From Nemertoderma westbladi (lineage: Eukaryota > Animalia > Xenacoelomorpha): DNA of 64,000 bases. Below the pieces are notes generated by a model. The model did not search any database. It saw only the letters and a program-made list of their open reading frames with translations, and was not told where the DNA came from. The DNA is taken from positions 496,001-560,000 of the forward strand of contig JAUCBJ010001846.1 in assembly GCA_032718475.1 (NCBI GenBank). Direction: 5' to 3'. Below are positions 1 to 10,343 of this stretch, piece by piece (the stretch's first letter is position 1; every line of letters begins with the position of its first letter). The position numbers and the translations under genes are program-made.

Positions 1-2
1 AG

Positions 3-1580
3 CAAAGCCCTAATATTGATACCACTCCCTTATCGAAGGATTTTAACGTACTGGGTCGGTCTTCTAGTAGCCAGACACGTATTGTTAATGGCAACGTTTC
101 TTCAAAAAATTTGCTTAGTTTAAGGTTAGCACCTAAGCGCTTGGGTGATTTGGTGATTCCTAAGTTGGGTAATCGGAAAATCGGTCAAACTGAGCCTGTC
201 AAGATTAAAGTGCTTCCATCTAGCCAATCAACTGTCAATGATCAGGCACTTGTTGGATCAGTGAGTGAGGATTTTTTCTTTTTACTAGATGCCTTGCCTA
301 AGTCGGTTTATGTAGGGGAGTCATTTTTGTATCGGGTGCATTTTTATGTTGCTGCAGATCGGTCAACGGATGTTACTCAGGAAAATATTGAGCCCAGTGA
401 AAAGGTAGGTGCAAAGTTGTCCAGCCGAGAAAAGCAAGAAAAAACTGTGCAGGTAAAAGGGCGTTCTTATTACCATTTAACGTATAATTATTTTCTAACT
501 GGCAAAAAGACTGGCAAGGTTGTTTTGCCCCGTGTGTATGTTGCAGGGCACTACAGCCAGCTGTTTTCATCGGGTTTTATTACCGGGCTTTCAACGCGGG
601 TGCCGTTTAGTCATTACAGCCCAAAGCATTTGGTTGAAATTAAACCGCTTGAAGAAAGTTCACTTCTGCCAAGTCGGCGCTTGAAATTAACTGAAAAATG
701 GGAAGCGCCTGATCAGTTAAGGGTGGGAGATTCCATCAAGCGTATTATTAAGGTTGAAGCGTTGGATTTTTTGGGGTTGCAAATTCCTGAAATTAGTTAT
801 CAATACCCAACTGACCTAAAGGTTTACCCGAAAACGCCTGATTTTAATACCCAGATTGAAGGCAAAAAATTGGTGGGCAGTCGTGTTCAGGCAGATGACC
901 TTGTTCCGGTGGCAGCCGGCCGTTATGTGCTTGGGGCAATCGGGATACCTTGGTGGAATACCGTGTTGAATCGAAAAGAAATTGCCACGATACCTACCCG
1001 TGTTTTTAATGTGGAAGGGGTTGCGAAGGCTCGCATTCAGGCAAAATCGGATGATCAATTTTTAGGGAGTGAAATTGATTTGCAACCAGCTGGTTCATTA
1101 AATCAGTCCGTTGATCAAACATGGGGTTGGGTTGTTTGGTTGTATGGGTTGTTAGGGGGCTTAGGTTTAGTTGTGTGTTTTTGGGTATTGAGATGCTGGC
1201 AACAGGTGTTTGGGAAAAAGCGACCTAAGTCGGGTATTGAGCGGTTTAAAAATTTAAGTCGCGCCGTTGGGCGTGATTTAAAAAGGTTGGATTATGTGTC
1301 GTTTCGGTCAAATTTGGTGGGCTGGAGTGAGCTTGTGATGGGGGTGTCAAATCGTTATAACTTATACGATGTGGCAGCACTTTTTGATCAAGATTTAGCG
1401 CCATTTTTTCGTCAGTTAGAACAGGTGTTGTATCAGTCAAAGCAAGGTATTGATCCCCAGTTGAGATCACAATTTATGCGTTATTTTAAGCAAGTACTTA
1501 AGCGGCATAAAAAGTACCGTCAAAAATCTGCTTTTGATTGGTTGGGGGGTAAAAAGGATGTGCGTGAAATTTTTAAGTAG
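3..1580 (+). CDS. BatD-like protein, 5'-partial (runs off the window start)
   Basis: Frame is open from position 3 (DFNVLGRSSSSQTRIVNG). It contains the typical BatD segments VGDSIKRII and IPWWNT and a C-terminal TM helix. Confidence 0.75.
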   Translation, partial: QSPNIDTTPLSKDFNVLGRSSSSQTRIVNGNVSSKNLLSLRLAPKRLGDLVIPKLGNRKIGQTEPVKIKVLPSSQSTVNDQALVGSVSEDFFFLLDALPKSVYVGESFLYRVHFYVAADRSTDVTQENIEPSEKVGAKLSSREKQEKTVQVKGRSYYHLTYNYFLTGKKTGKVVLPRVYVAGHYSQLFSSGFITGLSTRVPFSHYSPKHLVEIKPLEESSLLPSRRLKLTEKWEAPDQLRVGDSIKRIIKVEALDFLGLQIPEISYQYPTDLKVYPKTPDFNTQIEGKKLVGSRVQADDLVPVAAGRYVLGAIGIPWWNTVLNRKEIATIPTRVFNVEGVAKARIQAKSDDQFLGSEIDLQPAGSLNQSVDQTWGWVVWLYGLLGGLGLVVCFWVLRCWQQVFGKKRPKSGIERFKNLSRAVGRDLKRLDYVSFRSNLVGWSELVMGVSNRYNLYDVAALFDQDLAPFFRQLEQVLYQSKQGIDPQLRSQFMRYFKQVLKRHKKYRQKSAFDWLGGKKDVREIFK

Positions 1581-1863
1581 GTTGTTTATAAATGTTTAGT
1601 GGATACTAGGTGGGTTTTTTGAAGTTATTAATTCACTATTGTGTTGGATGTTTGATTTGTAAATTTAAATTGTTGGGAGTGATTTATAAAAAAGCCATGT
1701 CAGTTAACTTACTAAATGACTATGAAGTTTCATCGGCCTACTACAAAGCGGCGGGTGAATGAACAAGTAAATCGTATTGTTTAAACAAACGCTTTCTTAA
1801 CAGATGAAACAGAAACTATCAGAGTAGAAATCGTTAGGAAGACAAATCTTGAGATGTATTTTA

Positions 1864-2202
1864 TTAGCGCTTACATTTTTTATGATGGAATGGAAAGAGA
1901 CAAAAAGTAATCAAATATTTGATGGTATTGTTCATGGAGTAGATGGTAGTGGAGGTCGATGTATCTGATTTTTTAAGGTTTTGATGTGCACCATCGCAAT
2001 ACGAGGGGTTGTTGGTGGCTTTACACATGCAAATATAGGCGGTTTCAGTGTTGTCTGGGCTAAATTTTAGGGCTAAAGGGAGTACTTGATTAGACCCAAA
2101 ATACACCGTTTTTTGATTTTCCACAGGCACACCAGTAGTAATCTTCTCTTTTTCTAGGTCACAGGCTTTGGTTTTGTTGTCAAAAATAATAGGTTTTCTC
2201 AT
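1864..2202 (-). pseudogene. Degenerate two-domain CDGSH iron-sulfur protein
   Basis: Second motif CMCKATNNPSYCDGAH is in frame. The first motif (EDYYWCACGKSKN) is readable only in a shifted frame around 2100-2145. Confidence 0.65.
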
Positions 2203-2442
2203 ATGTGTTGCTCTTGGATTAAAATGTTGCGTATTGAGTTGTCTTAATTTGTACAGGTATTAATGGATTTTTCTAAAGGCTAACATGTTGGTATATGAAA
2301 TTGTATAAATGGTGAGGGAAGTGGCCTAAAATAGTTGTAATTTATTGTTTTGAATTTTTCTTCTTTATCAACAAGCATGGTTTAAAAATTTATGTTGATC
2401 GGTTGTATAATGCGTTTTTTAATGGGTTATGCAATCGGCTTT

Positions 2443-3297
2443 ATGAAAATTATTCGTTCTACCCAAGCATTGGTTCAATGGCGTTTGATGTGTGATCAGT
2501 TAGCTGCTGTGGTGGGATTTGTGCCAACCATGGGGTGTTTGCATGCAGGTCATATAGCGTTGATAAAGGCAGCAGAAAAGCGCTCAGATCATGTAGTGGT
2601 TAGTATTTTTGTTAATCCTTTACAATTTAATTCTCAGGATGACTACAAGGGCTACCCGCTTGATCTTGAAAGTGATATTTTAAAACTCAGATCGGCTGGG
2701 GTTAGTGTGGTATTTTTGCCGAAGGTAGAGGATTTTTACCCGCATGGACAGGCGGATGCTTTGTTGGTTAATAATTTACCTGAGTTTAATCGTTATTTTT
2801 GTGGCACTTATCGTGTTGGTCATTTCTTAGGGGTAGCCAGTGTATTGCTACGTTTTTTTATGTTGGTCCGCCCTCAGTGGGTTGTGTTTGGGGAAAAGGA
2901 TTTTCAGCAGTTGTATTTGGTGCGTTATTTGGTGAAGGATTTTTCATTGCCCATTGAGGTATGTGGCGTGCCAACAGTTAGGGAGGGTGATGGTTTAGCC
3001 ATGAGTTCTAGAAACAAAAATTTGTGCACCAAGGATCGTTTAATTGCCAAGGGTTTTTATCCCCTGCTGCTAGCAGCAGGGAAAAGGATTCAATCAGGCA
3101 CCTCACTTTCAGTCGCTAAACAGTATGCGATTGATCAATTACACCAAGCAGGATTTTTGGTAGAATACTTAGGGATTGTTACACATCATGATTTTAGGGG
3201 TAGTGTTGTTGGGATTGGTCAATGTTTGGTGCTAGCAGCTGTTTATTTAGGCAAGGTTCGGTTGATTGATAATTACTGTTTTTCACTAAATTTATGA
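2443..3297 (+). CDS. panC: Pantoate-beta-alanine ligase
   Basis: Motifs GFVPTMGCLHAGH, SIFVNPLQF, FGEKDFQQ, GLAMSSRN, VRLIDN. Start taken at MKII. Confidence 0.95.
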   Translation: MKIIRSTQALVQWRLMCDQLAAVVGFVPTMGCLHAGHIALIKAAEKRSDHVVVSIFVNPLQFNSQDDYKGYPLDLESDILKLRSAGVSVVFLPKVEDFYPHGQADALLVNNLPEFNRYFCGTYRVGHFLGVASVLLRFFMLVRPQWVVFGEKDFQQLYLVRYLVKDFSLPIEVCGVPTVREGDGLAMSSRNKNLCTKDRLIAKGFYPLLLAAGKRIQSGTSLSVAKQYAIDQLHQAGFLVEYLGIVTHHDFRGSVVGIGQCLVLAAVYLGKVRLIDNYCFSLNL

Positions 3298-4322
3298 AAA
3301 AGGTTGTTGAAGCCCCGCGTGAAGTACTGGTAAATTGTTTTCGTGATTTTTTTGCTTTGGTCATTTACATATTTGAAAATGATTTATTTTCAGAGGATGT
3401 AAATGTCATGATTGCAAGAATCAACAAGCAAGAGATTAGCTTGTTTAGCTGGATAGAATCTACTAAGCGCTTGGGTAGTTTTTGTCAGTCGATTTTGCAT
3501 GTAGGTTTCGAGTTGAAAGGTATTTCAAAAACCCGATCGGGTGATTTGGTGATTCATGCATTAAGTGGTGAGATGTATCGGTTCGATATTAAAAATGTTG
3601 AGCATAATTTTCGAAATATCTATCGGGGTAAAATCATGCCTCATGCAAGGACAATCGGTGTATTGTATTGGCTATTTTGTATCTTATCAAGCAATTATAC
3701 GAATGGTTTAGGTAAAAAAACAACCCACTACCATATGTTAGTCAAATTGTTTCATACCACGCTGGCATATCGTGATTTATTGATATTAGATAAGCAAGTG
3801 ATTAATCCAAGGCAATTTATGATTAATTTTCTAGGAAGGCATAGGTTGGCGGATAAAGCACTCAAAAATGATAAAAAGCAGTTACAGGCAAAACAGACCA
3901 AGGTGTTGTTGATTGATGATGATCCAGTGATGAATGTATTTATGCGATCAATCCTTGAAGGATCAGACTATAATTTGTTAATCAGTTATAATATGAGTGA
4001 TGCATTTGATATTATTATCAAAAATAAGCGGGCATTTGGTTTGTTGCCTAATTATATTCAGTGTATCCTTTTAGATTTTCAGTTGCATGGAATAGATGGG
4101 TTTGAATTTTTAAAATATTTAAAACAAGTTGAATCGCCTTTTTATAAAATTCCGATCATTATTATTACAGGTTCTTCTGATTATCAGTTTGTCAAAAAAC
4201 AAGTTGCTCAAAAGTATGACAATGTATTGGAATGTTTAAAAAAGCCTATTAATAAAGAACGCATTTTAGCATTGCTTTCTTTGGTATCTTCTAAAAGAAA
4301 TTTGAAGACTTCAAGTCGTTAA
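3294..4322 (+). CDS. Response regulator with an unknown N-terminal domain and a C-terminal receiver domain
   Basis: C-terminal KVLLIDDD...ILLDFQL..DGFEFL..IPIIIITG..LKKP. The first ~200 aa are unrecognised. Confidence 0.75.
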   Translation: MKKVVEAPREVLVNCFRDFFALVIYIFENDLFSEDVNVMIARINKQEISLFSWIESTKRLGSFCQSILHVGFELKGISKTRSGDLVIHALSGEMYRFDIKNVEHNFRNIYRGKIMPHARTIGVLYWLFCILSSNYTNGLGKKTTHYHMLVKLFHTTLAYRDLLILDKQVINPRQFMINFLGRHRLADKALKNDKKQLQAKQTKVLLIDDDPVMNVFMRSILEGSDYNLLISYNMSDAFDIIIKNKRAFGLLPNYIQCILLDFQLHGIDGFEFLKYLKQVESPFYKIPIIIITGSSDYQFVKKQVAQKYDNVLECLKKPINKERILALLSLVSSKRNLKTSSR

Positions 4323-4697
4323 GGCTGATATTTGTTTGGTAATATTAATCCAATCAGCTAATCGCTTTGAGATACGTTGCGCTATTTGGTCAGTAGTGGT
4401 TAGCTCATTAGAAAGCAATTGCATTTGTAGGTGACTAATGTCATTAACCAAGTCTGTATCTTTCATAATTGACATAAAGGGTTTGATGTTATGCATTTTT
4501 TGTCTAAAGAGACTAAAGTCGCCCGAAGTGATGGCCTGATCAGTAATTTTTACAATGTCTTGATAGTTTATATAAAAAACACAGAGCATTTTAAGGATAG
4601 TCTGTTCGCTTACTTGAGCGCTGGACGCAATAAAAGTTAAGTCTATATTTTCTATTTTGAGTAATTGATTAATTTGTTGTTGGTTTGAGAAATTCAT
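4311..4697 (-). CDS. Probable Hpt (histidine phosphotransfer) protein
   Basis: 128 aa, helical, with AITSGDFSLFRQKMHNIKP resembling the Hpt H-x-x-K motif. Confidence 0.55.
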   Translation of the reverse strand: MNFSNQQQINQLLKIENIDLTFIASSAQVSEQTILKMLCVFYINYQDIVKITDQAITSGDFSLFRQKMHNIKPFMSIMKDTDLVNDISHLQMQLLSNELTTTDQIAQRISKRLADWINITKQISALTT

Positions 4698-5398
4698 GGT
4701 CTTTTTTGATGTTGTTTGGCTAATAAAATGCTCAGTTCATAGAGTACATATAAAGGTATAGCGATAATGGTTTGAGAAAATATATCGGGCGGTGTGATTA
4801 GCATCGCAATTGAGAAAGTTAATAATAGAAAATATTTTCTTGAATGAATTAATTGATTAACATTTAAGATGTTAAATTTTACAAGCATCAAAATGCCAAT
4901 AGGTGTCATAAAAAGTAAACCAAGTGTGAATACTGAAAGGATAACAAAATTTAAATAATTTTCAATATCTAACATAAATTGAACATTTTCAGGTAACAGC
5001 CAGCTATTAAAATTTATAATCAGCGGAATGCTGATAAAATAGGCGAATGCACTACCTAGATAAAACAGCGCTGAAGATAAAAGTAATAATCCTCGCGCAG
5101 TTTTTTTCTCATTTTTATATAAACCTGGTTGAATAAAGCGCCATAATCTAAAAATAATATGGGGAATATTGATCATAATACTTAAAAAAAACGCTGATTT
5201 AATCAGCGTGAGTGTCGGTGCAAGCGGGCTGATTGCAATTAGACTCAACTGATCGTCAAGTGCAAGGTTTTGGGTAAGTAACTGGTAGGTTTCACCCAAC
5301 CAAGGTGTTAGTATAAAAAACACAATGACAACACCAATCAAAATAATGATCAGCTGATGCCTTAGTGCACCGGTGTGTAAATCAGGGTGCTTGGTCAT
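4694..5398 (-). CDS. tatC: Twin-arginine translocase TatC
   Basis: Motifs WRFIQPGLYKNE and ITPPDIFSQ, multiple TM helices. Confidence 0.93.
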   Translation of the reverse strand: MTKHPDLHTGALRHQLIIILIGVVIVFFILTPWLGETYQLLTQNLALDDQLSLIAISPLAPTLTLIKSAFFLSIMINIPHIIFRLWRFIQPGLYKNEKKTARGLLLLSSALFYLGSAFAYFISIPLIINFNSWLLPENVQFMLDIENYLNFVILSVFTLGLLFMTPIGILMLVKFNILNVNQLIHSRKYFLLLTFSIAMLITPPDIFSQTIIAIPLYVLYELSILLAKQHQKRP

Positions 5399-5645
5399 CT
5401 TTTATGGTTTTGGCTTGTTGGCTGTAATGGTTTTTTCTAAATTGTTTGAAGGTTAATTTTTCCGGTACCTGCCCTTGTTCAATTTCTTGCCTGAATTGTT
5501 GCCGAATATAACCAAAATAGTCACCTAACAGATCAATGAGTTGATACAATTGCCTTAATAGCTGTCGAAGGTCGCTCGGTTTTAATAAGACGATTGAAAG
5601 TACTATGATCAGTACAATTTCAACCCAACCAATACCTAACATCAC
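5382..5645 (-). CDS. tatB: TatB
   Basis: GIGWVEIVLI...LKPSDL, located immediately upstream of tatC. Confidence 0.75.
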   Translation of the reverse strand: MMLGIGWVEIVLIIVLSIVLLKPSDLRQLLRQLYQLIDLLGDYFGYIRQQFRQEIEQGQVPEKLTFKQFRKNHYSQQAKTIKDDQAP

Positions 5646-5649
5646 TCAC

Positions 5650-6014
5650 TTATTAAATAAAAATAGATGGGTGTTTGGTAAATCAGCGTGTTGTAATCGG
5701 TCATAGCTTTTATAATGTAGGTTGCATTTAAAAAAGCAGCTCCATTTACACCTGTGATCCCCATAAAAACAAAAAAATGTCAGCATATTAACTAGCCCCC
5801 AAGGCTTTTGAGCCACTGTTTTTTGAATAAAAATTTAATACAAAAATAAGTGTTACTAAAGAAGAAAAAAAGCCAACTAAAAAACTGGCAACTCTAGGTT
5901 AAGCATTGTGCGAGGTTCAATGCTACCCAAATGAAGCAGGTGCAAATTGATGGTTGTCATAAGTAGTAAAGCTACTCCCATCAATGCAGGGATCCATATA
6001 CCTATTTTTTTCAT
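5650..6014 (-). pseudogene. Frameshifted small membrane protein between tatA and tatB
   Basis: ATG at 6014 (MKKIGIWIPALMGVALLLMT...). Hydrophobic coding sequence continues in other frames across T-runs. Confidence 0.4.
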
Positions 6015-6024
6015 TTTAGCTTTT

Positions 6025-6222
6025 TTATTCATTTAGTGTATCTTTTGGGTCAGTTTTAACAGGCGCTTTTTCGCTGTCATCGTGACGCAAGGCTTGCAAA
6101 AACCCTTTCATAGAATGACCCAAATCTTTCCCAAAATTTCGCATGCGTTTACCGCCAAATAGCAACACAGCTAACACTAAAATAATTAATATTTGCCAAA
6201 TACTGATACCACCCAGTCCCAT
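6025..6222 (-). CDS. tatA: TatA
   Basis: MGLGGISIWQILIILVLAVLLFGGKRMRNFGKDLG. Confidence 0.93.
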   Translation of the reverse strand: MGLGGISIWQILIILVLAVLLFGGKRMRNFGKDLGHSMKGFLQALRHDDSEKAPVKTDPKDTLNE

Positions 6223-6233
6223 AAGGTTTGCTC

Positions 6234-6536
6234 CTATTTTTTTGATTGTGATCGGCTTTTTAAAATGGCCATGATTGTTTCTAATTTGATACCGTGGTGA
6301 GCCATCATGACAAGTATGTGGAACCAAAGGTCTGCCAGCTCTTGCGATAATTTTTCTTTACTTTCTGACTGCGCAGCAAAAATGACTTCAAAACATTCCT
6401 CATGAACTTTTTTTAGCACCTTTTCATCGCCTTTTGCTAATAATTCTGAAACATAAGAAGTTTTTGAAGGGGTAGCCTGCCGCTTTTGAATGATTTTATA
6501 CAATTTAACCAAACTAAACTCAGAATGTGTGCTCAT
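6234..6536 (-). CDS. hisE: Phosphoribosyl-ATP pyrophosphatase
   Basis: SYVSELL..KKVHEE..ELADLWFH. Confidence 0.93.
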   Translation of the reverse strand: MSTHSEFSLVKLYKIIQKRQATPSKTSYVSELLAKGDEKVLKKVHEECFEVIFAAQSESKEKLSQELADLWFHILVMMAHHGIKLETIMAILKSRSQSKK

Positions 6537-6562
6537 ATCAATTTTTTAACCCCATAATACCT

Positions 6563-7318
6563 TTAAAGTCGAATAGGAATACCCGCTTGTTTCATGCTCA
6601 TTTTAACAGCTGACAAACTAATTTGACCAAAGTGAAACAAACTAGCCGCCAAAACGGCATCTGCCTGTCCCTTTGTAATGCCTTCAATAAAATGTTGGGT
6701 ACAGCCGGCACCCCCTGAGGCAATAATGGGAATAGTGGTTGATTGGCTAATTTGTTGAGTGAGTTTACAATCAAAACCAGCTTGGGTCCCGTCCTGATCA
6801 ATGCTGGTTAAAAGAATCTCGCCTGCCCCTAATGAATCCACAGCTTTAGCCCATTTGATGGCATAAAGTCCCGTGTTTTTTTGGCCTGCGTGCGTGTAAA
6901 CTTGATATTCATCTTGGCTCTGTTTTGCATCAATGGCCACCACAATACATTGTGCACCAAACTGTTGGCTAGCGTGTGCGATCAGCTCAGGGTTTTGAAC
7001 CGCTGCACTGTTGATTGCAACTTTATCCGCCCCCGCGTTTAACAAATTTTTAATATCCCCTAAATCACTCACACCCCCACCCACAGTCAACGGCACAAAC
7101 ACTTTTTTGGCAATGGCCTCTACAAGGCTTAAAAAAGTTTTTCTTGATTCAAGGGTAGCTGCTATATCAAGCAATGCAATTTCGTCTGCCCCTTGGTCAC
7201 AATAGAGTTTACTAACCAACACCGGGTCGCCTGCATCTTTTAAATTTGAAAAATTGGTACCCTTAACAATTCGGTTATCTTTAACATCCAAACAAGGAAT
7301 AACGCGTTTACATAACAT
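6563..7318 (-). CDS. hisF: IGP synthase cyclase subunit
   Basis: KRVIPCLDV, PLTVGGG, GAGEILLTS, IASGGAG. Confidence 0.97.
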   Translation of the reverse strand: MLCKRVIPCLDVKDNRIVKGTNFSNLKDAGDPVLVSKLYCDQGADEIALLDIAATLESRKTFLSLVEAIAKKVFVPLTVGGGVSDLGDIKNLLNAGADKVAINSAAVQNPELIAHASQQFGAQCIVVAIDAKQSQDEYQVYTHAGQKNTGLYAIKWAKAVDSLGAGEILLTSIDQDGTQAGFDCKLTQQISQSTTIPIIASGGAGCTQHFIEGITKGQADAVLAASLFHFGQISLSAVKMSMKQAGIPIRL

Positions 7319-7324
7319 AGGATT

Positions 7325-8047
7325 TCATCCAGCCATTGCTTGGCTTAAATTAATGGTTTTTTCATACAGGGCACGTCCAACAATTACACCCTCAATGTTT
7401 GGGTAACCTAAGTTTTGAAGTGCTTGAATATCAGCCATGCTACTAACCCCCCCTGAGGCAATGACAGGGCAATCGACAGCGTCAGCCAGCTGCTTGGTCG
7501 ATTCCAAATTAGTGCCCAGCATCATGCCGTCTTTTGCAATATCGGTATGTAAAATGCCGGCTAGTTTTGTCAGATCACCAATTTTTTCAATAAAACTTAA
7601 TAAGGTGATGTTACTTTTAGTTTGCCAACCTTGAATAGCAATTTTATCATGGTGTACATCTAAGCTAAGTATGATTTTTTGGGGGTATAGGTCACACATT
7701 TCACGTAAAAAGCTGGGGTTTTTAATCGCCTGTGTGCCAATAATAATATAATGTGCCCCTGCATCTAGGTAGGCTTCTACCGTTGCTTGGTGACGAATGC
7801 CCCCGCCCACTTGTACTTCAATGTTAGGCAAGGCAGCGACAATATTTTCAATCACCTTTTGATGAATAGGGCGACCGGTTTTGGCGCCATCTAAATCCAC
7901 CAGATGCAGTCGTTTAATATTAAAAGATGCCCAGTGCTTAGCTTGTTCCACTGGGTTGGTTGAAAAAACATCGGATTGCTTAAAATCGCCTTGCCTAAGG
8001 CGGACACACTGGCCGTTTTGAAGATCAATAGCGGGAATGATAATCAT
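7325..8047 (-). CDS. hisA: ProFAR isomerase
   Basis: IIPAIDL..G.CVRLRQG, HLVDLDGA, QVGGGIR. Confidence 0.97.
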   Translation of the reverse strand: MIIIPAIDLQNGQCVRLRQGDFKQSDVFSTNPVEQAKHWASFNIKRLHLVDLDGAKTGRPIHQKVIENIVAALPNIEVQVGGGIRHQATVEAYLDAGAHYIIIGTQAIKNPSFLREMCDLYPQKIILSLDVHHDKIAIQGWQTKSNITLLSFIEKIGDLTKLAGILHTDIAKDGMMLGTNLESTKQLADAVDCPVIASGGVSSMADIQALQNLGYPNIEGVIVGRALYEKTINLSQAMAG

Positions 8048-8050
8048 AAG

Positions 8051-8671
8051 TTATAAGTTAAAAAAGTTTTGTAAAAATTGTAGGCCATGGTGGTGGCTTT
8101 TCTCAGGGTGAAATTGACAGCCCACTGTTTTTTGATGCACCATCACGGCTGGCCACATGTCACCATAAGTGGTTTGGCCAATGACATTGTGTTGATTGTG
8201 CTTGGTAACATGATAGCTATGAGCATAATAAAAGCATGAATCATTGGGGATGTCTTGCCAAATGGGGTGGTTTTGGGTTTGGTGTACTGGGTTCCAGCCC
8301 ATATGTGGGACGCGTATTGATTGATCTAAAGGTATTTTTTGAACATGGCCATCAAATACTTCAAGTGCAGGATGTGTATGGGTTTCTTCAGAGCGCGCCA
8401 TTAAAACATGCAGCCCAATACAAATCCCTAAAAAGGGTTGGTCTTGTTCAATCATTTTTTTGATCGACTCATGTAGTTTTTGTTGGTGTAGGGTATCGGT
8501 AGCCGCTTGCATGGTGCCTTGGCCAGGGAAAATGATATAGTCAGCTTCAGTTAAAATGTTTTGTTGATTTGTGGTGATGATATGGGCATTGGGCACGCAA
8601 TAGGATACGGCGTTTTTAACACTGGCATTGTTGCCACCGGGGTAAGCTAGTACAGCAATGGTTTTTTTCAT
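8051..8671 (-). CDS. hisH: IGP synthase glutamine amidotransferase subunit
   Basis: PGQG, LGICIG, VPHMGWN, QFHPEKS. Confidence 0.96.
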   Translation of the reverse strand: MKKTIAVLAYPGGNNASVKNAVSYCVPNAHIITTNQQNILTEADYIIFPGQGTMQAATDTLHQQKLHESIKKMIEQDQPFLGICIGLHVLMARSEETHTHPALEVFDGHVQKIPLDQSIRVPHMGWNPVHQTQNHPIWQDIPNDSCFYYAHSYHVTKHNQHNVIGQTTYGDMWPAVMVHQKTVGCQFHPEKSHHHGLQFLQNFFNL

Positions 8672-8679
8672 TAGCTTGG

Positions 8680-9267
8680 CTATAAAACACCTTTACTAGA
8701 AGGAATGGTTTGGGTGTGCAGTTGTGTAGTTGCCAAAGAGAGCGACACCCCAAAGGCTTTAAAAATACTTTCAACTTGGTGATGGGCATTTGCTCCTCGA
8801 AGCTGGTCAATATGCAAGGTGATGGCAGCATGGTTCACAAAGCCTTGAAAGAATTCTTTGACCAAGTCTACATCGAAATTACCGATGCGAGGGCGTGTAA
8901 AATGAGCATTGAAGAATAAACCGGGGCGACCGGATAAATCAATCACAACACGGGAGAGTGATTCATCTAGGGGAACATAAGCATGCCCGTAACGTTTCAG
9001 TCCTTTTTTATCCCCTATTGTTTCAAAAAAGGCTTGGCCTAAAGTAATACCAATGTCTTCAACCAAGTGATGATCATCAATTTCAACATCACCCGTTGCA
9101 TCAATGGCCAGCCCAATTTTCCCATGCATGGCGATCTGTTCTAACATATGGTTTAAAAAGGGAGCAGGGGTGTTGATGCTTGATTGGTTGGGGGAATCTA
9201 GGTCAAGGTGTAGGTGAATATTAGTTTCTTTGGTTTGGCGCTTTTTTTCGCAAGCTCGGTTGAGCAT
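8680..9267 (-). CDS. hisB: Imidazoleglycerol-phosphate dehydratase
   Basis: [35 protein letters not shown]. Confidence 0.97.
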   Translation of the reverse strand: MLNRACEKKRQTKETNIHLHLDLDSPNQSSINTPAPFLNHMLEQIAMHGKIGLAIDATGDVEIDDHHLVEDIGITLGQAFFETIGDKKGLKRYGHAYVPLDESLSRVVIDLSGRPGLFFNAHFTRPRIGNFDVDLVKEFFQGFVNHAAITLHIDQLRGANAHHQVESIFKAFGVSLSLATTQLHTQTIPSSKGVL

Positions 9268-9362
9268 ATTATTTCGGACAGTCCCATTAATTGATTAACA
9301 AAAACCACCCCTAAAGTAAACTTATAAGTGTTGAAGTTATAAGAAATACATTAGGTAGTAGC

Positions 9363-10045
9363 ATGAATATTATACAGGTATTTAAACAATTCCCCAATCA
9401 AGAAAGCTGTATTAAACACCTAGAAGCTAAAAGGTAGTCAAACGGCGTTACATATGCTTACTGTTCAAGCCCAAACACTTGCGAAAGAACAAGCCGACTT
9501 AAGACATCATTTAATACTTGTAAAAAGTCATTCAACGTTACTGTGGGCACTATATTTCACGACACACGCCAAAGAATCTAAGAAAAAATGATGACAGAAA
9601 CTTTCCGCAAGCTCCAAGGAGCAGAGCCACTAAAAAAGAATGTGTTGTAGGAATGGTTGAGCGCGAAGGTAATGCTAAAGCAGAAAGTGTTAATAAAGGG
9701 TGTTTAAAATCAAAAGATTTAAACGAATTGATCAGAAAAAATATCAACCCAAGTAAGTCTGTATTATTAACGGACGAATACAGGGGATATTCTAAAGTTT
9801 CTAAAATACTTAAGCATTACACCATTAATCACAACTATGAATACGCCAATGGGCAAATACATACCAATAATACCATTGAGTCATTCTGGGCGTTGCTTAA
9901 AATGGATATTATGGGGCAGTTTCACAGGGTATCAGCCAAACACCTAAATAAATATGTTGATGAGTTTTGTTTTAGATTCAATGCTAGGAATGAGAAAACA
10001 AGCAACACTTTTGATTGTGTTGTTGGCAATATGTTGATTATATAA
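9363..10045 (+). pseudogene. IS1595/ISXO2-like transposase, disrupted
   Basis: N-terminus MNIIQVFKQFPNQESCIKHLEAKR* ...FNVTVGTIFHDT has a premature TAG and an apparent internal deletion. C-terminus has TDEYRGY, HTNNTIESFW, YVDEFCFRFN. Confidence 0.88.
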
Positions 10046-10106
10046 CGGATATAAAAAACGTTATGGGTTTCAAATAAATACCGCCATAATTTTATGGAGA
10101 TTTATT

Positions 10107-10214
10107 ATGAATCAAAATAAGATTGTGCATGTGTGTTCATACATTCGATACCACTTAAAGCGCTTTGAGTATGTTCGCAAACATGCACGCGGTTTTCCCA
10201 ATCGTTTAATTTAG
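10107..10214 (+). CDS. Small basic passenger ORF inside the IS (35 aa)
   Basis: GGAG ribosome-binding site, then MNQNKIVHVCSYIRYHLKRFEYVRKHARGFPNRLI*. Confidence 0.45.
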   Translation: MNQNKIVHVCSYIRYHLKRFEYVRKHARGFPNRLI

Positions 10215-10343
10215 GATATTGTGGGGTAGCTCCATTTCTAATCAATGAATGGGACAGTCCGTATTATTTTTATGATGCGTCATACAATAGGTGCGTAGAT
10301 TTTGATTTTAACATAAGCCTTAAGATAAATAGAATGTAAGAAT

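Larger units (their letters stand above)
9275..10261 (+). mobile_element. IS1595-family insertion sequence (defective)
   Basis: 23-bp terminal inverted repeats at 9275-9297 and 10239-10261 (21/23 match). 8-bp target duplication TATTATTT at 9267-9274 and 10262-10269. Carries a transposase remnant. Confidence 0.93.
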
